Source of the DNA: Octopus vulgaris
Taxonomy: Eukaryota
Assembly (NCBI GenBank): GCA_951406725.2
Contig: OX597814.1
Location: forward strand, 57,226,001 to 57,290,000
DNA: 64,000 bases
Direction of reading: 5' to 3'
Of this stretch, positions 11,840 through 26,260 are shown in pieces; positions within the stretch are counted from its first letter, which is position 1; the number at the start of each line of letters is the position of its first letter. Made by a program: the position numbers and the translations under genes. Under the pieces are notes generated by a model. It saw only the letters and a program-made list of their open reading frames with translations, was not told the DNA's origin and ran no database searches.

Positions 11840-11897
11840 AATCCAAACAATACATATATATATATATATATATACTACACAGACACACATACTCGCG

Positions 11898-11956
<59 letters not shown>

Positions 11957-12254
11957 AAGATCGTAGCCTAGTGGATATGGTGTTGCACTCACGACCGCAA
12001 GATTCTGGTGTCGATTCCAAGGCCGGCTCTGTTTCCTGGAGTAAAACGCTTCATTTCACGTTGCTCAGCTCCACTCGTAATAAATCGGTAGCCCTACGGC
12101 GAACTGACATCTCGTCAGAGGAAACTTTGGGCTACTCGCCTAACCAGCAGGTTGGTGACATTTGAAAGCTACAAAACTACAACATTGGGAGGAAGCGCAT
12201 TGTAGTGAGCAGTGTATAACAACTGGTAGTCTGGTCGATATATATATATATATA

Positions 12255-13709
12255 CTACCTGGTGTTCCCGGTAATTCCCGGGGGTAAAGATATTCTATTG
12301 AAACGCCTCATTACTCTGATATAAGGAAGTTAGTTCATTATAACTGCCACAAAATGTGTATTTTCCGTCGCAAAAACGTACAAAAAGAGCTGTCGGCTGT
12401 AGGAGGGAGAGATTGTTGGAGGTTGGCGAGAGAGGTTTTAGGAGGTTGGTGAGAAAGTACTCTGACTCATCGTGGCACTTTAAAGGTGAACTCTATGAAG
12501 GCTAATTTATTAAAGATAATATATAAATGTAGTATATATGTATATGAGTATATGAATGAAGTGTTCAATGTTTAAGAATGAAATGAATAAAGTGCAATAA
12601 TGACATTGATACTCACGTATGGCTGCTCTCAGTAACTGCCTTTAGCTTATGGAGTTCTTGTTTTTATAACTATCGAAAACCAGTCAGAAGGATATATATA
12701 TTATTGAGAACAAATGATCTCATTGGAGGTATGTTATCTCCATCCCAGCCCCTGGTGCCCTCGAAGAGGTTACAAGGGTCAAGTGGAAAAGACATTATTT
12801 ACATAGTGAATGCATCTGGGAAATGTATAACTGCTGTCATTCACAGAAAAGATATTGTTTTACCGTGAGAAAAGCGCTTTTGAAGTGTTAAGTAAAATTT
12901 GGCAATCGAGGATCGAATCCACGCTGTGCCAGCATTAAGCCACAATTACGTTGTGGAATAAAAAAAGGTATCTACTGTCAGGGAAAAAGTGTAACTGTAA
13001 AAATGCAGGATTATCGGAGTAATGGGCATTCAAAGAAGTATGTATGTATAGAAATGTATGAATGAAGTATCTAAGGTTTAAGATTCAAATGAAGGAAGTG
13101 CAATAATAATATTTAGCAGTTCAAAACTGAGTAGTGAAATGCAGGTCGGCTGATCGTGAGAATCAAATATGGATCACTTCACTAAAAACTGCAGGTGGTA
13201 TGGGTTATTTCCCTTGAGTTGTTTAAATAAAATATTAGTAATATGTAGTAGATAGAAGGATCAATTGGAGGTTCACTATTATCGATTTTTTTCAACAATC
13301 TAAGTATGTCATGAGGTTTCTAGACACGAGTTCTACTCACGTGTCAAATAAAGTATAAAAATGATATTGTTTGCAAAAATTAGAAATTGGACACACACAC
13401 AATGCAATATTGAAAGTAATCGAACATAAACAATGAATCGTGTAAAATATTTATAAATTCGATGGCTCAATTAGTTTCATGAAAATGTTCTATGAACTGT
13501 AAATAAGCAATAAATATTATGATTTGTAAAATAAGTATAAGTGATACAGGGGCCGTATTATCGATTTTTTTCTATAATCTATGTATGTCACGAGATTTCT
13601 AGACATGAGTTCTACTCAAGTGTTAAGTTTCATCAAAACCAATAAAACGATGTAGGAGGAGTTAGCTAACAACGCCACAAACAAACACACAGCGATTTTC
13701 CACTATGTA

Positions 13710-13745
<36 letters not shown>
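12255..13745 (-). mobile_element. Non-autonomous Helitron-like element
   Basis: The minus-strand 3' end has a CCCGG-gaatta-CCGGG hairpin followed by GTAG|T; the other end lies in (TA)n next to a TGTTTGTTTG-type tract; internal duplications are present (13280-13345 vs 13558-13625). Confidence 0.5.
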
Positions 13746-13803
<58 letters not shown>

Positions 13804-13849
13804 TATTCTTTCGTCACTATTTCTGACATGGCCAGCCGAGCGCAATTGT

Positions 13850-15160
13850 GATTGAATAAGGAAGCTCTCAATTCCACCAATCTCACACTTGCTAAACAGG
13901 TCGGTAGTAGAACCTTTGTCTAAGTGAATAACCGCAGATTGTCCTCAGACAGTCTTTGTGGAAGATGTTAATGTCCACCATGTTTGTAAATTTCAGGAGG
14001 GATAGCATCCCTGCCAAGTACTTTATTAGAAGAGATGTGTTAATAGAGTTGACATCTTCCAGGAAGGTTGGCTCCATAGACAGTTCCGGTATTACAGTGT
14101 GCTGTGGAACAGACATTATAACGTCATCATTAGTGTCTGAGGTGGAGTTCAACACGGCTTCAAAGTGATTTTTTGATCGTTTTAAGATGTAAGATCTGTC
14201 AGTCAGGAGTGTCTCTCTATTCGATGAAAAAGTAGGAGCAACACCGTGCTCTTGAGGACCATACACTTCCTTGAAGCCTTCATAAAGGCTTTAGAATCCT
14301 TTCTGTCTGTAGCTTCTTGGATCACATGATCCTGCAAAACGAATCTCACTGAGCACAGTTATGTCAATGTATTTCTTTAGTTCAAGGGAAGTCAGTGCTG
14401 TCTTTCGTTCTGGTGCTGAGTAACTGTCACGGAGAGTGCCCGCATTCCAAGAGACAATATTAATATTCTTAGCTATCTTCCTGTTTCGATTGCGTTACTG
14501 AATAACCAGGCAGCTGCAACGGGCTGGCAAGTTTAAAGGGAGTAAGCAATGTTTGGGGCTCCTTTTCTCGCCTCTTCCCCTGTTGGGGAAAGCAGTGCTG
14601 TGTCTAAATAGACCTGCTTTGTCACCACTGGAGGACACGGACAGCACAGTTTCTCACAAGTTCTGTACTGGAATAGCTATCACCCAATGGTCGCCGATTG
14701 TAGAGATCCAGCAAGAGACTTCCAGTAATATCCTTTACCTGTCCCTGCCGCTTTCACTCTCTCGTCAGAGGACTTTGGGATTTTTTCAAGTTGAAGCAAT
14801 GCCGTATTCAACGAATAAATATAAGTTGTCAGAAAAATCACACAGATGATTTGATTTGAGTGATGAAGGCTTGTGTAGAACGAACAACACTTTTTGGAAG
14901 TGATGACAACAAGAATATGGTGCACATATGAGCCACAATACCAAGAACAACACACCTCAGGCTTTTTCCTCAGAGGTTTCCATCTCCTAGACGAGACGCT
15001 ATAAACAAGCTAGAGAGCCTAGTCTACCCTATGAGTCAGAGTTTACTAATAGTACAGACTATGTTAAGGAGACCCTAAGAAACCAAAGACCTGGTTTTAT
15101 ATCAGTTTCCCTCTCCTGGATGGGGTGCCTTCACCACGGTTAAGGAGCCTCATCTGCCCC
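13850..15160 (-). mobile_element. RTE-clade LINE 5' fragment (degenerate APE endonuclease and following region)
   Basis: Minus-strand translation NIVSWNAGTL...PERKTAL...IDITVLSEIRF and YGPQ...LLTDRSYILKRSKNHFEAVLN. Confidence 0.7.
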
Positions 15161-15489
15161 CTAATATAAGGGATTAAATATATCAGGAGAAAAATTACAC
15201 ACACACACACACATATACATATATATATGTGAAATCCTTAAAAAATATACCACGACGTCTACACATTTCTAACCTTGAACTTTCAACCTTGAACTTGTTC
15301 GCATAAACTGTCCCGTTTGTTGTATTTTTATTGTCTCATATATTACCACTTTTTTACATTCATTTCATACTCTCTCATACACACACACACACACACCCTC
15401 ATGTTGGAGCTGGTCATTCAACCCTATTATCTCCCCTTATTTCGCTCTCGCGTCTCATGTTTGATCTTTGACCTCTGGCCGAAATCAGA

Positions 15490-15702
15490 TCGCCATGTTG
15501 ATTCGTTAGTTACTGCACGCATTTTTTCTCTCTCCTTCTTTCTGTGTTTTTTTTCTCTCTGTGTATCTTTCTGTTGAAGAGCGTAGGCTCGAAACGTTAA
15601 AGACTTGTTTTATTTATATTTCCTGAGCGCCATACTAATACAATTGTTTGTTTGTTTCCCACCTGCCTTCGTCTTTTGTCTATTTTCATAAAGCTTCCCG
15701 TT
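15490..15702 (+). mobile_element. Penelope-like terminal repeat with a hammerhead-like motif (15571-15597)
   Basis: Homology to 28975-29170. Confidence 0.6.
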
Positions 15703-16317
15703 ATATATATATATATATATATAGCTGGACAGCTATATCACCCTCCTCACCAGGCAAGCTTGGAGGGGTTGCCAGTTTAGTTGTCGACGACCCGACCATG
15801 TAACAGGCTGTACTGGGTTACAGGTTACCAGTAGCGAACAAGAGTAATAGCACTCGAGAGCGACCTGCCTTTTTTTCCTATCGTTCTACTTCTCCAACTC
15901 TCTTTCTCTATCGTTGACCTGCCAGACTTAGACACTTTTCAAATGTAAGCTTCTCCTTTTTCCTTCTCTAGACTAATTATTTTTAACATAGCAATGTACT
16001 ACTATACGCATACATGCCTATATATTTTGCAGACGAGTGTGGCCATTTCTCTGAAAAAACATTTTAATTGTTTTCTTTCTTTAATTCATTAACTAGAGAT
16101 CTGTATCTTCCAGCTTGCTCTCATTGTTCATGTAACCCCTCCCGCCCGCCCCCTAACAACCAGCTGATCAACCAAAGCAAACTGTTTGCGTCAGTTGCCC
16201 CTTACTGCAAGGTTGTCTCCTTAGGCACCCCCACCTCCTGAAAAACAAAAGTCATGTCGCTCCCGAGTGCTATTAATCGGTCATATATACACACACACAC
16301 ATACATACATACATACA

Positions 16318-16407
<90 letters not shown>

Positions 16408-16974
16408 CATATATATATGTGTGTATGTGTGTGTGCTTGTGTGCATATGTGTATGTATGTGAGTGTGTGTGCGTCTGCGTGCGTGTGCATGCATGCATGT
16501 ATGTATGTATATACATATACGGCGGGTTTGCACACAGTTTTGCTCTACCAAATTCACTCATAAGATATTGTTCCACTCGGAGGTATTGTGGAAAACACTT
16601 GTCCAAGATGTTGCACATTGGCTGAATCCGAGACCATGTGCTGCAAAGCAAGCTTCTTAACCACATAGTCATGCCTATATATATATATATATATATACAT
16701 ACATATATATATATATATATATATGTGTGTATTACTCTTTTTCTCTTTACTCTTTTACTTGTTTCAGTCATTTGACTGCGGCCATGCTGGAGCGCCGCCT
16801 TTAATCGAGCAACTCGACCCTGGGACTTATTCTTTTTTGTAAGCCCAGTACTTATTCTATCGGTCTCTTTTGCCGAACCGCTAAGTAACGGGTACATAAA
16901 CACACCAGCATCGGTTGTCAAGCAATGCTAGGGGGACAAACACAGACACACAAATCTTTAAAGGTTAAATTTAT

Positions 16975-17620
16975 AAACAACTTATACACAAGGGCAAAAG
17001 AAAAATATTTCAATGCCAAATATGCCGAAAATAGACAAATCGTCAATAACCATATAATTTATCACTATAAGCACGCATCTCGAAGTAAGCCGACAGAAAT
17101 TTCTTTAAAATTCCGTTATTATCGTATCGGTCCCAATTTCATAGTTAATTCATAAGAATTTTCTCCTCGTCAGCGATAAATACGGTAAGAAATACATGAA
17201 ATACTTACTTATACCCATGGAAGAAGCAAACACTAAGTCATGAGCACACTTAAGTACCCCAAATATATCCAAAATAGAAATTCTCCAGCACACCTCGAGA
17301 CACGTGCGATCGGACTGAAAACTCTCATAGAGTGAGAGAGTCCGGAAGTGAATACTATTAAATTTACATCTAATATAGGATACATTTATTTATTACCATA
17401 TTTATTTCTTACCGTATATATCGCTGACGAGGAGAAAATTCTTATGAATTAACTCTGAAATTGGGACTGATACGATAATAACGGAATTTTTTAGAAATTT
17501 CTGTCGGCTTACTTCGGGACGCGTGCTTATAGTGATAAATTATATGGTTATTGACGATTTGTCTATTTTCGGCATATTTGGCATTGAAATTTTTCTCTTT
17601 TGCTCTTGTTTATAAGTTAT
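16975..17620. repeat. Long inverted repeat (arms of about 215 bp, 16975-17195 and 17403-17620)
   Basis: The arms are roughly 90% complementary; followed by a Penelope-like endonuclease fragment (HKQQIRDSSLRNVSFSEKLDIC...PFYK, 17660-17830). Confidence 0.85.
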
Positions 17621-19182
17621 ATATATATACATATATATATACATACGTACATACACACACACATAAACAACAAATTAGGGATTCATCTCTTAGGAATGTC
17701 TCATTCAGTGAAAAGCTAGATATCTGTACAAATGGAAAATTTACAACATCCCCATTTTACAAAATAAACGATGAAAATGTTCAACTACGAAAGGCAGAAG
17801 AAGATTATAAGAATTCGAAATCCGAAAATAGTCAACACTCCATATAATAAACAGTGGTAGAAGAATATGACTAAAACCATAAGTACGAAAATAAACCGGA
17901 AATAATTAATACTACCACTACCACAAAAATAGCAACTTCCTCTTTAAGAGCATGTGTGTCTGAAACGGTTAAACGAAAGCACTCATACACTAGAAGAAAA
18001 CCTCTTCCAAAAAAGGTTAGTAACATTCCGATAAAAGATTTCATAACATTTCTTTAAGTATTTTTTTGTTTTAAGTATCACCTTTACACTTCCATATATA
18101 TATCTACACGAGTTGATATGTATATGGAAAAAAACTCAAAAAAAACCTTTCTGTCCTAGTTTCGGTCATTAAGACTTTTTCATCTCTAAGTATGGAAAAC
18201 AATTACATTTTGGAAAAAATACATGAAAAGTATTTTAAAAGAATATTTGCATAATATTCAAATACAAGGGACATTTTCTTTGTTTCTGCCTGTCTCTGTC
18301 TCTCTTGTTTACTCTTGTGGAATCGATGTATATATACATTATTATTAAAGCTGCAAAAACATTACAGAAATATCACAAAAAAACTGTTACTCAGAGTTTC
18401 ACGTTCCCGTTCGTCGGGCAGTTGTGATCCAGAATGGAATAAGAATTTAGGTTATACGTATATTTTATATTATGATGTAATTCACATTGACAAATACACA
18501 TTTGAATTTGATTAGCCGTTTCAACTAATGGTTTTGGCGGAGGTAAAGACATTCGGCTGCACCTCCTTTGGGATGTTGGGATGTTTTGTTGTTTTTTTTT
18601 TACAGGAACCCACTATACCGAGTGCGGATAGAATTTATACTTTACCCGGAACACTTTCCTCATCAGCATAGGACTTCATAATATTAAATCCGGAGGCACT
18701 GGAAGAATCGAATGTACCTCTCCAACTAAAAGAATCAGACAGATTACATTCAACGTCCAGTACCGCCGAATTTAAAAACATACGAATGAGGTTCATCACC
18801 TTCCCCTGCCTATCCACGTGTGTCGTCAAGTAATAATACTACAGAAAAATCTGTAGTTTATTATCCGGGAGAAAATTAATTAAGGGTAAAATTAATTAAT
18901 TAACTAGTAATCAATGATTTTACCAAGTAGAATGGTGATGAGGAAAGTGTTCCGGGTAAAGTATAAATTCATTCTTTATACCGAGCTAATTCTGAAACGC
19001 GTACATGGGTAATCAAATATCGATTGATTTTCGTTATTCTTCATCTCTGCCTGCGTGGATTGTTTTCGAGTACTTTGTTTTTGTCCGAGAATCTCTTTTT
19101 AAAGTAGAGGAAATAGCTAAGGTTCTCTAGCTGCTATTTCTAAACTTCGGTATGTGGTAAAGCAAATCTTTGCTGAACCCTA

Positions 19183-19246
<64 letters not shown>

Positions 19247-19465
19247 CATTTATACGCTAAAAAAAGACGTCAAATCGCCTTACCGTATATATATACACAC
19301 ATGCACAGAAAAACATACGTACTCACATAAAGCATAAACACATAGACACACGTTATTGACATACATACGCTTACATATATATATACTAATGTATACACAG
19401 ATATCTACTCACACATATACACAATACGTCTCCGTGCGTAAGTATGTGTTAATACTCACACTAAT

Positions 19466-19832
19466 TCGTCGCGGCACTCCGTCGGTTACGACGACGAGGG
19501 TTCCAGTTGATCCGATCAACGGAACAACCTGCTCATGAAATTAACGTGCAAGTGGCTGAGCACTCTACAGCCACGTGCACCCTTAACGTAGTTCTCGGGA
19601 AGATTCAGCGTGACAAAGAATGTGACAATGCTGGGCTTTGAAATACAGGTACAACAGAAACAGGAATAAAGAGTGAGAGAAAGTTGTGGTGAGAGAGTAA
19701 AGCAGGGTTCGTCACCACTCCCTGTGGAAGCCTCATGGAGCTTTAGGTGTTTTTGCTCAATAAACACTCACGACGCTCGGTCTGGAAATCGAAACCACGA
19801 TCCTGCGATAGCGAGTCCGCTACTCTAGCCAC
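19466..19832 (-). mobile_element. tRNA-derived SINE (third family)
   Basis: Minus-strand head TGGCTAGAGTAG...GGTTTCGATTTCC followed by a conserved body; related heads near 7290-7385, 11960-12070 and 25275-25405. Confidence 0.6.
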
Positions 19833-19901
19833 ACAAAATACATAATACGCGTTCAACACGCACAAGCATTTGAAGTTGGTAAGAAAGAAGAAAAGTAAAG
19901 A

Positions 19902-20585
19902 AATTCCGTTCTCCAGTATTTCATGCTATTCCATATAAGGTTTCTCATATTCTCTGCTACTCCATACATTTCCATTGTTCTTATTATCCAGGAGTGTGGT
20001 ATCATATCGTATACCTTGCGATAGCTAATCCATGCCATACTCAGGTTTGTATGTTTTCTCTTGGAGTTCCTGATAATTAGATTATCAATTAAGAGCTGAT
20101 CCTTCGTTCCCCAAGTCCTATTCGGCACCCAATCTGTTCAATGGGTTAGCAGCTCACTTCTTTCCAAGTACATGTACAGTCTCCGGCTAAAGCACCTGAC
20201 AATAGGTTCCACATTAGCGGAAGACATGTTATTTGTTTTGAGTTGGATGCAACATTTCCCTTTTCGGGATCTCTTGGTACATAAAGCAATTCTCTCTTTG
20301 TCATCCAGCTGGGTACAGCGCCTTCCTGCAAGTACTCATCTAGCTGTTGTGCTCTACTATCATTAGAGTTCTCTCAGCTTCTTCATCCAATACTCTTGGA
20401 TCCCATACGGTCCTAGACTCTTCCAATTTAGGAATTTTCTTATCTGCTTTTTTTTATCATTTCTGTAGTTATCTTTATGTCTACTTGGATTTCTATATTT
20501 CTTAACCTGTCTTGGATTTCATGCAGCCATTTCGCGTCATCATTGCCCATGTAGTTCCTGAAACAGCTTCTTCTGATTTGCTTGA
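19902..20585 (-). mobile_element. R4/Dong-like non-LTR retrotransposon RT fragment
   Basis: [12 protein letters not shown]...[21 protein letters not shown] (RT domain). Confidence 0.8.
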
Positions 20586-22030
20586 TATTATTATTGTTGT
20601 TGTTGTTGTTGTTATTATTATTGATATTAAAGTTGGCGAACTGGCAGAATCGTTTTACGACAGGCAAAATGCTTAGCAGCATTTCGTCCGTCTTTACGTT
20701 CTGAGTTAATATTCCGCTGAGGTCAACTTTACCTTTCATCCTTTCGGGCTTGATCTTTGTGGTCGATGTAATCACCTTACACCCTCCTCATCAACTTTCT
20801 GGCCTTGTGCCAAAATTTGAAATCTATATTATTATATTTTGTTTTGAACGATGGTTTCACAGAATTGTCAAAGCGTCCCTGGATGATGCCTTGCGGTATT
20901 TACTTAACTACTTACAACCCTTTACATTCTAATTTCAAAATGTAAAGTTTGACTCCACCTTTCATTCTTACTGGAGAGAGTTAAGTATTGAATCGCTGGA
21001 ACTAACTATGAACCATTTAACTTGCATTTATCGCTATGTACCAATTTGAGAAAGACATGTAGCAATATGACCATCCGCATGAAGTCCAGGTCCTGAGAAA
21101 TTTTACGAGACATAATCTTCTGTAATTTTCACACTCATTATTTAATTAGATTATGCTTTTAGGAGAAAATCACTTCATGGCGTTTGTAAGATTCATCCAT
21201 GGTTTTCTTTTTTCGATTCATACCTTTTCTATTATCTAACTTGGCTGAAAGGCGGCGAGCTGGCAGAATCGTTAGCACATCGTGCAAAATGCTTATCCGT
21301 ATTTCGTCCGACTTTAGGTTCTGAGTTCAAATTCCACCGAGGTCTACTTTGCCTTTCATTCTCTCAGAGTCAATAAAATAAGTACCAGTTATGCACTGGA
21401 GTCGATGTAATTAACTAGCCCTCTACAATGTTAGATCTTGTACCAATAGAAGAAAGGATTATTTTACTTAGCTGAAAGGCGGCGAGGAGACAGAATCTTT
21501 AGCACGTTGGGCAAAATGCTTTGCGGCATTTCGTCCCTCTTTACGTTCTGAGTTCAAATGCAGCCGAGGTCGACTTTGCCATTCATCCCTTCGCGATCGA
21601 TAAAATAAGTACCAGTTGAGCATTGAGATCGATGTAATGGACTTACCCCCTCCTCCGAAATTGCTGGTCTTGTGCCAAAATTCGAAAACATTATTTTACT
21701 TAGCTGAATGTATAATTTTAATAGTGAAAGATGTTTGTGAAATATTTCGAAAACAAATTCATTCGCCGAAACAGTCATGCTATCATTAACGTACAATATT
21801 GTTTGTAAAGAATGATAATAATTTCCATTGAATTTACTTGAAACAAGAACCCAGAAAGAAGTGTGTCATGTTGTAAGGATGAGTTAATCAGAAGTTATAA
21901 ACACCGTGTAACGGATGCTTGAGTATGTAGAACAGGTGTGAAATATTTTGATGTTAGTAAGTCAATAACCATATAAGTAAGTCAACCTATAAAAATGAAA
22001 AGAATGATAGAATGTAGTTTTATTTGCATA
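19902..22030 (-). repeat. Inverted segmental duplicate of gene B intron 1 (51983-55664, minus a LINE insertion)
   Basis: Colinear, high-identity reverse-complement match covering unique spacers, three SINEs and an R4-like fragment. Confidence 0.92.
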
Positions 22031-23940
22031 CTAGCAGTATAGCCCGGCGTTGCCCGGAATTAAGTTAGGATTATTAAATGATCAAGCGCTTTATTTCAAA
22101 CCAAAATAAGTGACACCGACATCAAATTTGAGCGAAATCCGTTGAAATTGGTAAACACTTGGCTGAAAATGGGTTACAGACAATTTGAATGGGAAATCCC
22201 ATAAGGAATCGGTTCATCGATTATTTCCACTCATCGATTGTTTTTTGTTTTTTGTTTTTTTGAGAACTTAAAGCATTGAAAGATCCCATGCGTTAAGTAA
22301 TGCTGGCATCAAGTTTGAGCGAAATATGTCAAAATTGGTAAAAGTTATGGATGAAAATGGGGTGTAGCCAATTTTAGTGGGAAATCCTATAAGGAATCAG
22401 TTTATCAATTTTTTATCCTGATTGAATGGAAGACCCCAAATGGATGCCTGCCACCGATAGTGTTAGGCCTTGCGATTTGTTGATGGACATGGCGAAGCAT
22501 AGTCTCACCGAGAACTGCGATCTGAAGATGTTAAACGGCATGTCTGACCCCGAGGGTATAAAGCTGCATCCTTGAAATGAAAATATTTTCACCCCTACCG
22601 CACCCTGTAACAATGGTGGCCTCAATCAAGTGGGGCGTCAGGGACTTGATTACTAAGCGGGTCCCGTTACACTGTTTAGGCGGAAGCAAGCTTCTGATTA
22701 GCATTATTGAGCATCCAACCCTTAGCCTAAGAATGTGAGGTGGAAGCCCTGCTGGCTCCAATGAGTTGAGAAACTCGATAGGGTAATTGACAATGTGTTG
22801 GGGGTCAGAGGTCCGGTCAATCGATTTGTAGATGAGCTCCTCACCCGGAATTCGGCTTATGAGCTGGTCGTTGATACCACTGAGATCCACATTGGGGGGG
22901 GGATCAGGATGGTTCTTTCACCGAGCCAATTGATGTCTGCATAATTACTTTCCAGATTGGGGAACACTGTTTCCAAAAGATCGGAAGGGTTATCCACATT
23001 GTTGCACAATTCGCCCCTATCATTCCTAGGGACCTTGCCTTCTCCAAGGGCTAACATGCTTTCAGCAAATGCTGCAGACGTGCTATCACCAAGCAAGTGT
23101 GCACGCATGTTTGTGCTTAGGCTTAAGGTCTTAGCCTGGAGCCACAACGTGGATGACTTTAGGGATGACGGGAAGGGTTTGCCGGAAATCTCCTGAAAGC
23201 AATAAAGTTACACCACCCATAAAAGCTGCAGAATCCCTTTCAGATACCTTTCAGTAACCGGCCCAGTGCCTCAAGGGCACCCTTATTGATCATTGTACAT
23301 TTGTTCCGTACAATGAGACGGCACTGTCTAAGAACTTCAGCTTCCTCTGAATTTTTGTTAATGTTGCAAGTAGGAACCTCAGCCCTCACCATATCCAAAG
23401 GCAGCTTGAATGCCAAGTGCGCCATCCTACCTCCCGGCAATAACGTAACAGCGATTCCCGAGGAAGCAACGGCTAGCGCAGTTTGTTTCTCGCGATGAAT
23501 CTTAGCAATATTAATTGTGTTACAAAGGATTTGCCGGTACCTCTAGCAGCATCGAGGAAAAAATGACCCCCGGCTGTTTTTCAACGGCACTGACATCAGT
23601 TTCGTACACCAGCCTCTGATCAGAGAGCAATTTCGATTCATTTACTCACAGGTACTCCGCAAGGCCATCAGCGTCATACGACATCTCCAGAAGTAACTTG
23701 GGTGCGAGTGTGTTAACATCCTGTCGCAATGAGGATGGCAAACCGAATGTGTTCAACGCCGCCCCACCCATTTTGAGCAGGGCATCCTCGATTTCAATCA
23801 GCGCATTATTGTAGATGAGGTCATTGTAGCCAATGTCAGCATTAGGGCACTGTTGCCTTGCCAGTCATTAGTTGCCTTGACCACCGAGAAAGCAAAATTA
23901 CATACAGAGAATTTCATAAACAGAAATGAATGGAAATGAA
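22031..23940 (-). mobile_element. Internally deleted Helitron (Pif1 helicase remnant and 3' end), same family as 34765-42346
   Basis: Helicase motifs (CNGTRL, FAMSINKSQG); 3' hairpin CCGGGCAACGCCGGG followed by CTAG|T at 22031; 23865-23940 matches 35490-35560. Confidence 0.9.
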
Positions 23941-25555
23941 TCGAAAAAGTTTTGTGTTTTAAGGGCGGTTTCTACGTTATTTTTAGAACATCTCACGACT
24001 ACCTGACAACTTTCAAGTTTTTTATGTCACTCTGGACATGTATTGATGTTTTTCAATATTTCTCTTTCCATAAACACATTTAAAGGAAGAATGATGCACC
24101 CAAGAGTGGTACAATGTTGGTATCTAAGCAAAACATTCAAAATGTCCAAACTGTAAACTCCGATTTTAAAATGTCGTAAAAGAGTGGAACTTTTAGGATT
24201 TATAGGGGAAGGGGTTAATACTTTTTTCATAATTGTATGAATTCCCGTTTATAGGTCACAAATTCGTAAGCATTTTCTGAAAATTACCAAAAAATAAAAA
24301 AATGTTATGAGGGGTTGTATGTTTAGACCATAATTCCGCCAATCGCTCTTCTACCAGTCTTCATTGTAGCTTTAACATCTTCTTGGACATCCAATGATAA
24401 TTTCAATACTTGCTTCAAACCATTGCATTATTCCATTGTTGTTCAGATTTGTCCAAGTACTTTTCTTATATGGTAATCGCAATATATCCGGTTAGATACA
24501 TTTAAATATACTTCATGATACTGCAAATCGTTTCCTTTTTCTACGTTGTCAAAGGCTGTTTTGATGTCAAAAGATGTGTGGCATAATTACTTGTACTTTT
24601 TATGGTCTCTAAATGTTTCTGCAATGCTTCCCACCTACGTTAGTTGTCCTAAAAAAATTCTTTTTTTTTTTTGTCTTTTTGTCTTCGCTATTCGTTTCGT
24701 TTCGCTCTGTTTATTGCCAGTTATTTATTAATTTCTTGTTATTGTGCGTACAACAGCAGAATTGTTGAGAGTCCCCCACACGATGATAACTCTTGGAAAA
24801 TTATACACACACACACACACACACACATACACATCTATATATATAAATTAATTAACAAATTAATGTGTGTATTATGTTGGTAGGGTAAAATCCAAGCTGT
24901 GCCTTCTTGAAGTAAGTCTGCTGATTCCAGTATTACATTCTCCTATGTAGTTGCTGTCGTTGTTGTATTGATGTGAAGTACATATTAGAGGTGAAACTTC
25001 TGGGAATATTGCTAAGAAAACAGAAAAACTGAAAAAATATTAGTGTTATTTATTCACTATGCATGATACATATTGAGTCTCTGTCTAACAAATTACTAAT
25101 TGGAAATTTCTTACATGTTTATCCAACATGCACAATTTTGTGATTCATATTAGCAAATGAAATACATATGGTGGTGAATAGATAATACCAAAAAAATTTC
25201 CAATTTCTTGTTTTGTTGTGTGTGGGGGTGGGGGTAGGTGAGAGAGAGGAATGAGGGAGAGGGAGAGAGAGGAAAGCGCATGTCCTAATGGTTAGGCGTG
25301 TTGCACTCACGATTGCGAGATTGTGGTTACGATTCCGCGACCGAGGCTGCTCTTTGTATTCTTGATCAAACACTTCATTTCACGTTGTTCCAGTCCACTC
25401 AGCCGTTAACGGTTACCCTGAGACAGACTAACCTTCCGATGAGGGAGAATGTTGGCATGCTTGCCTAGTATTAATCGAAAGCTACGACAGTCCAAAACGC
25501 ATTACGACCAGCGACGTATAACGACATCCGGTAGCTGGTCACTCACATGATATCA

Positions 25556-25594
<39 letters not shown>

Positions 25595-26223
25595 AAATTA
25601 GAAAAAAAACACCTTTTATCAATTCAAAATGTACAATTAAATTACACCATCTAGAAAATTACATATAATAGAAAAATTAAAATTAAAATAACAATAGAAT
25701 TATTGTTACTCACTAGCAGGTCACGATGCTATCCATCATCACCAAAAGAAAAAAATAGAACATACTGAAAACTGTCATAAGACCGATGGGATTCTGAAAT
25801 TATTTGCAATTGTCCACCTGTTTCTTTCAACACAACGTACCGTGCTGTTGCTTAAATTCCGGTGCTGTTTTGTATAATAATGGCAACTTCGTTCGCAGTT
25901 TGCGCATTGAATCTTCTCTCATATTCTATTACTGGTCTCTGATCGGAATCAATAATAATCTAGCTTCGGGAATATTTGTAAGTTGCTATTTTGCCTTTCT
26001 AAATGACGCAATGTAAGGGTTATATTATCCGAATATAATTTCCAATAACTCAACTATGACGCACTGAAAGTAATCGTTATGGAGTATCTTCATCCTCAAA
26101 TCAACACTATCCCAAAGATCCAAGAAGTAAATTTAAAGAAATGGCGGGGTTGATCATTGTGATTAGGAGTTAAGGAGCCTATGTAATATTGAATATGACC
26201 CTGAATAACGATGGAAGGATTAC

Positions 26224-26260
26224 GGTTAGGGTTAGGGTTAGGGTTGGGGTTTTAGGGTTA
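26224..26260 (+). repeat. Short interstitial telomere-like (TTAGGG)n tract
   Basis: GGTTAGGGTTAGGGTTAGGGTTGGGGTTTTAGGGTTA. Confidence 0.7.
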
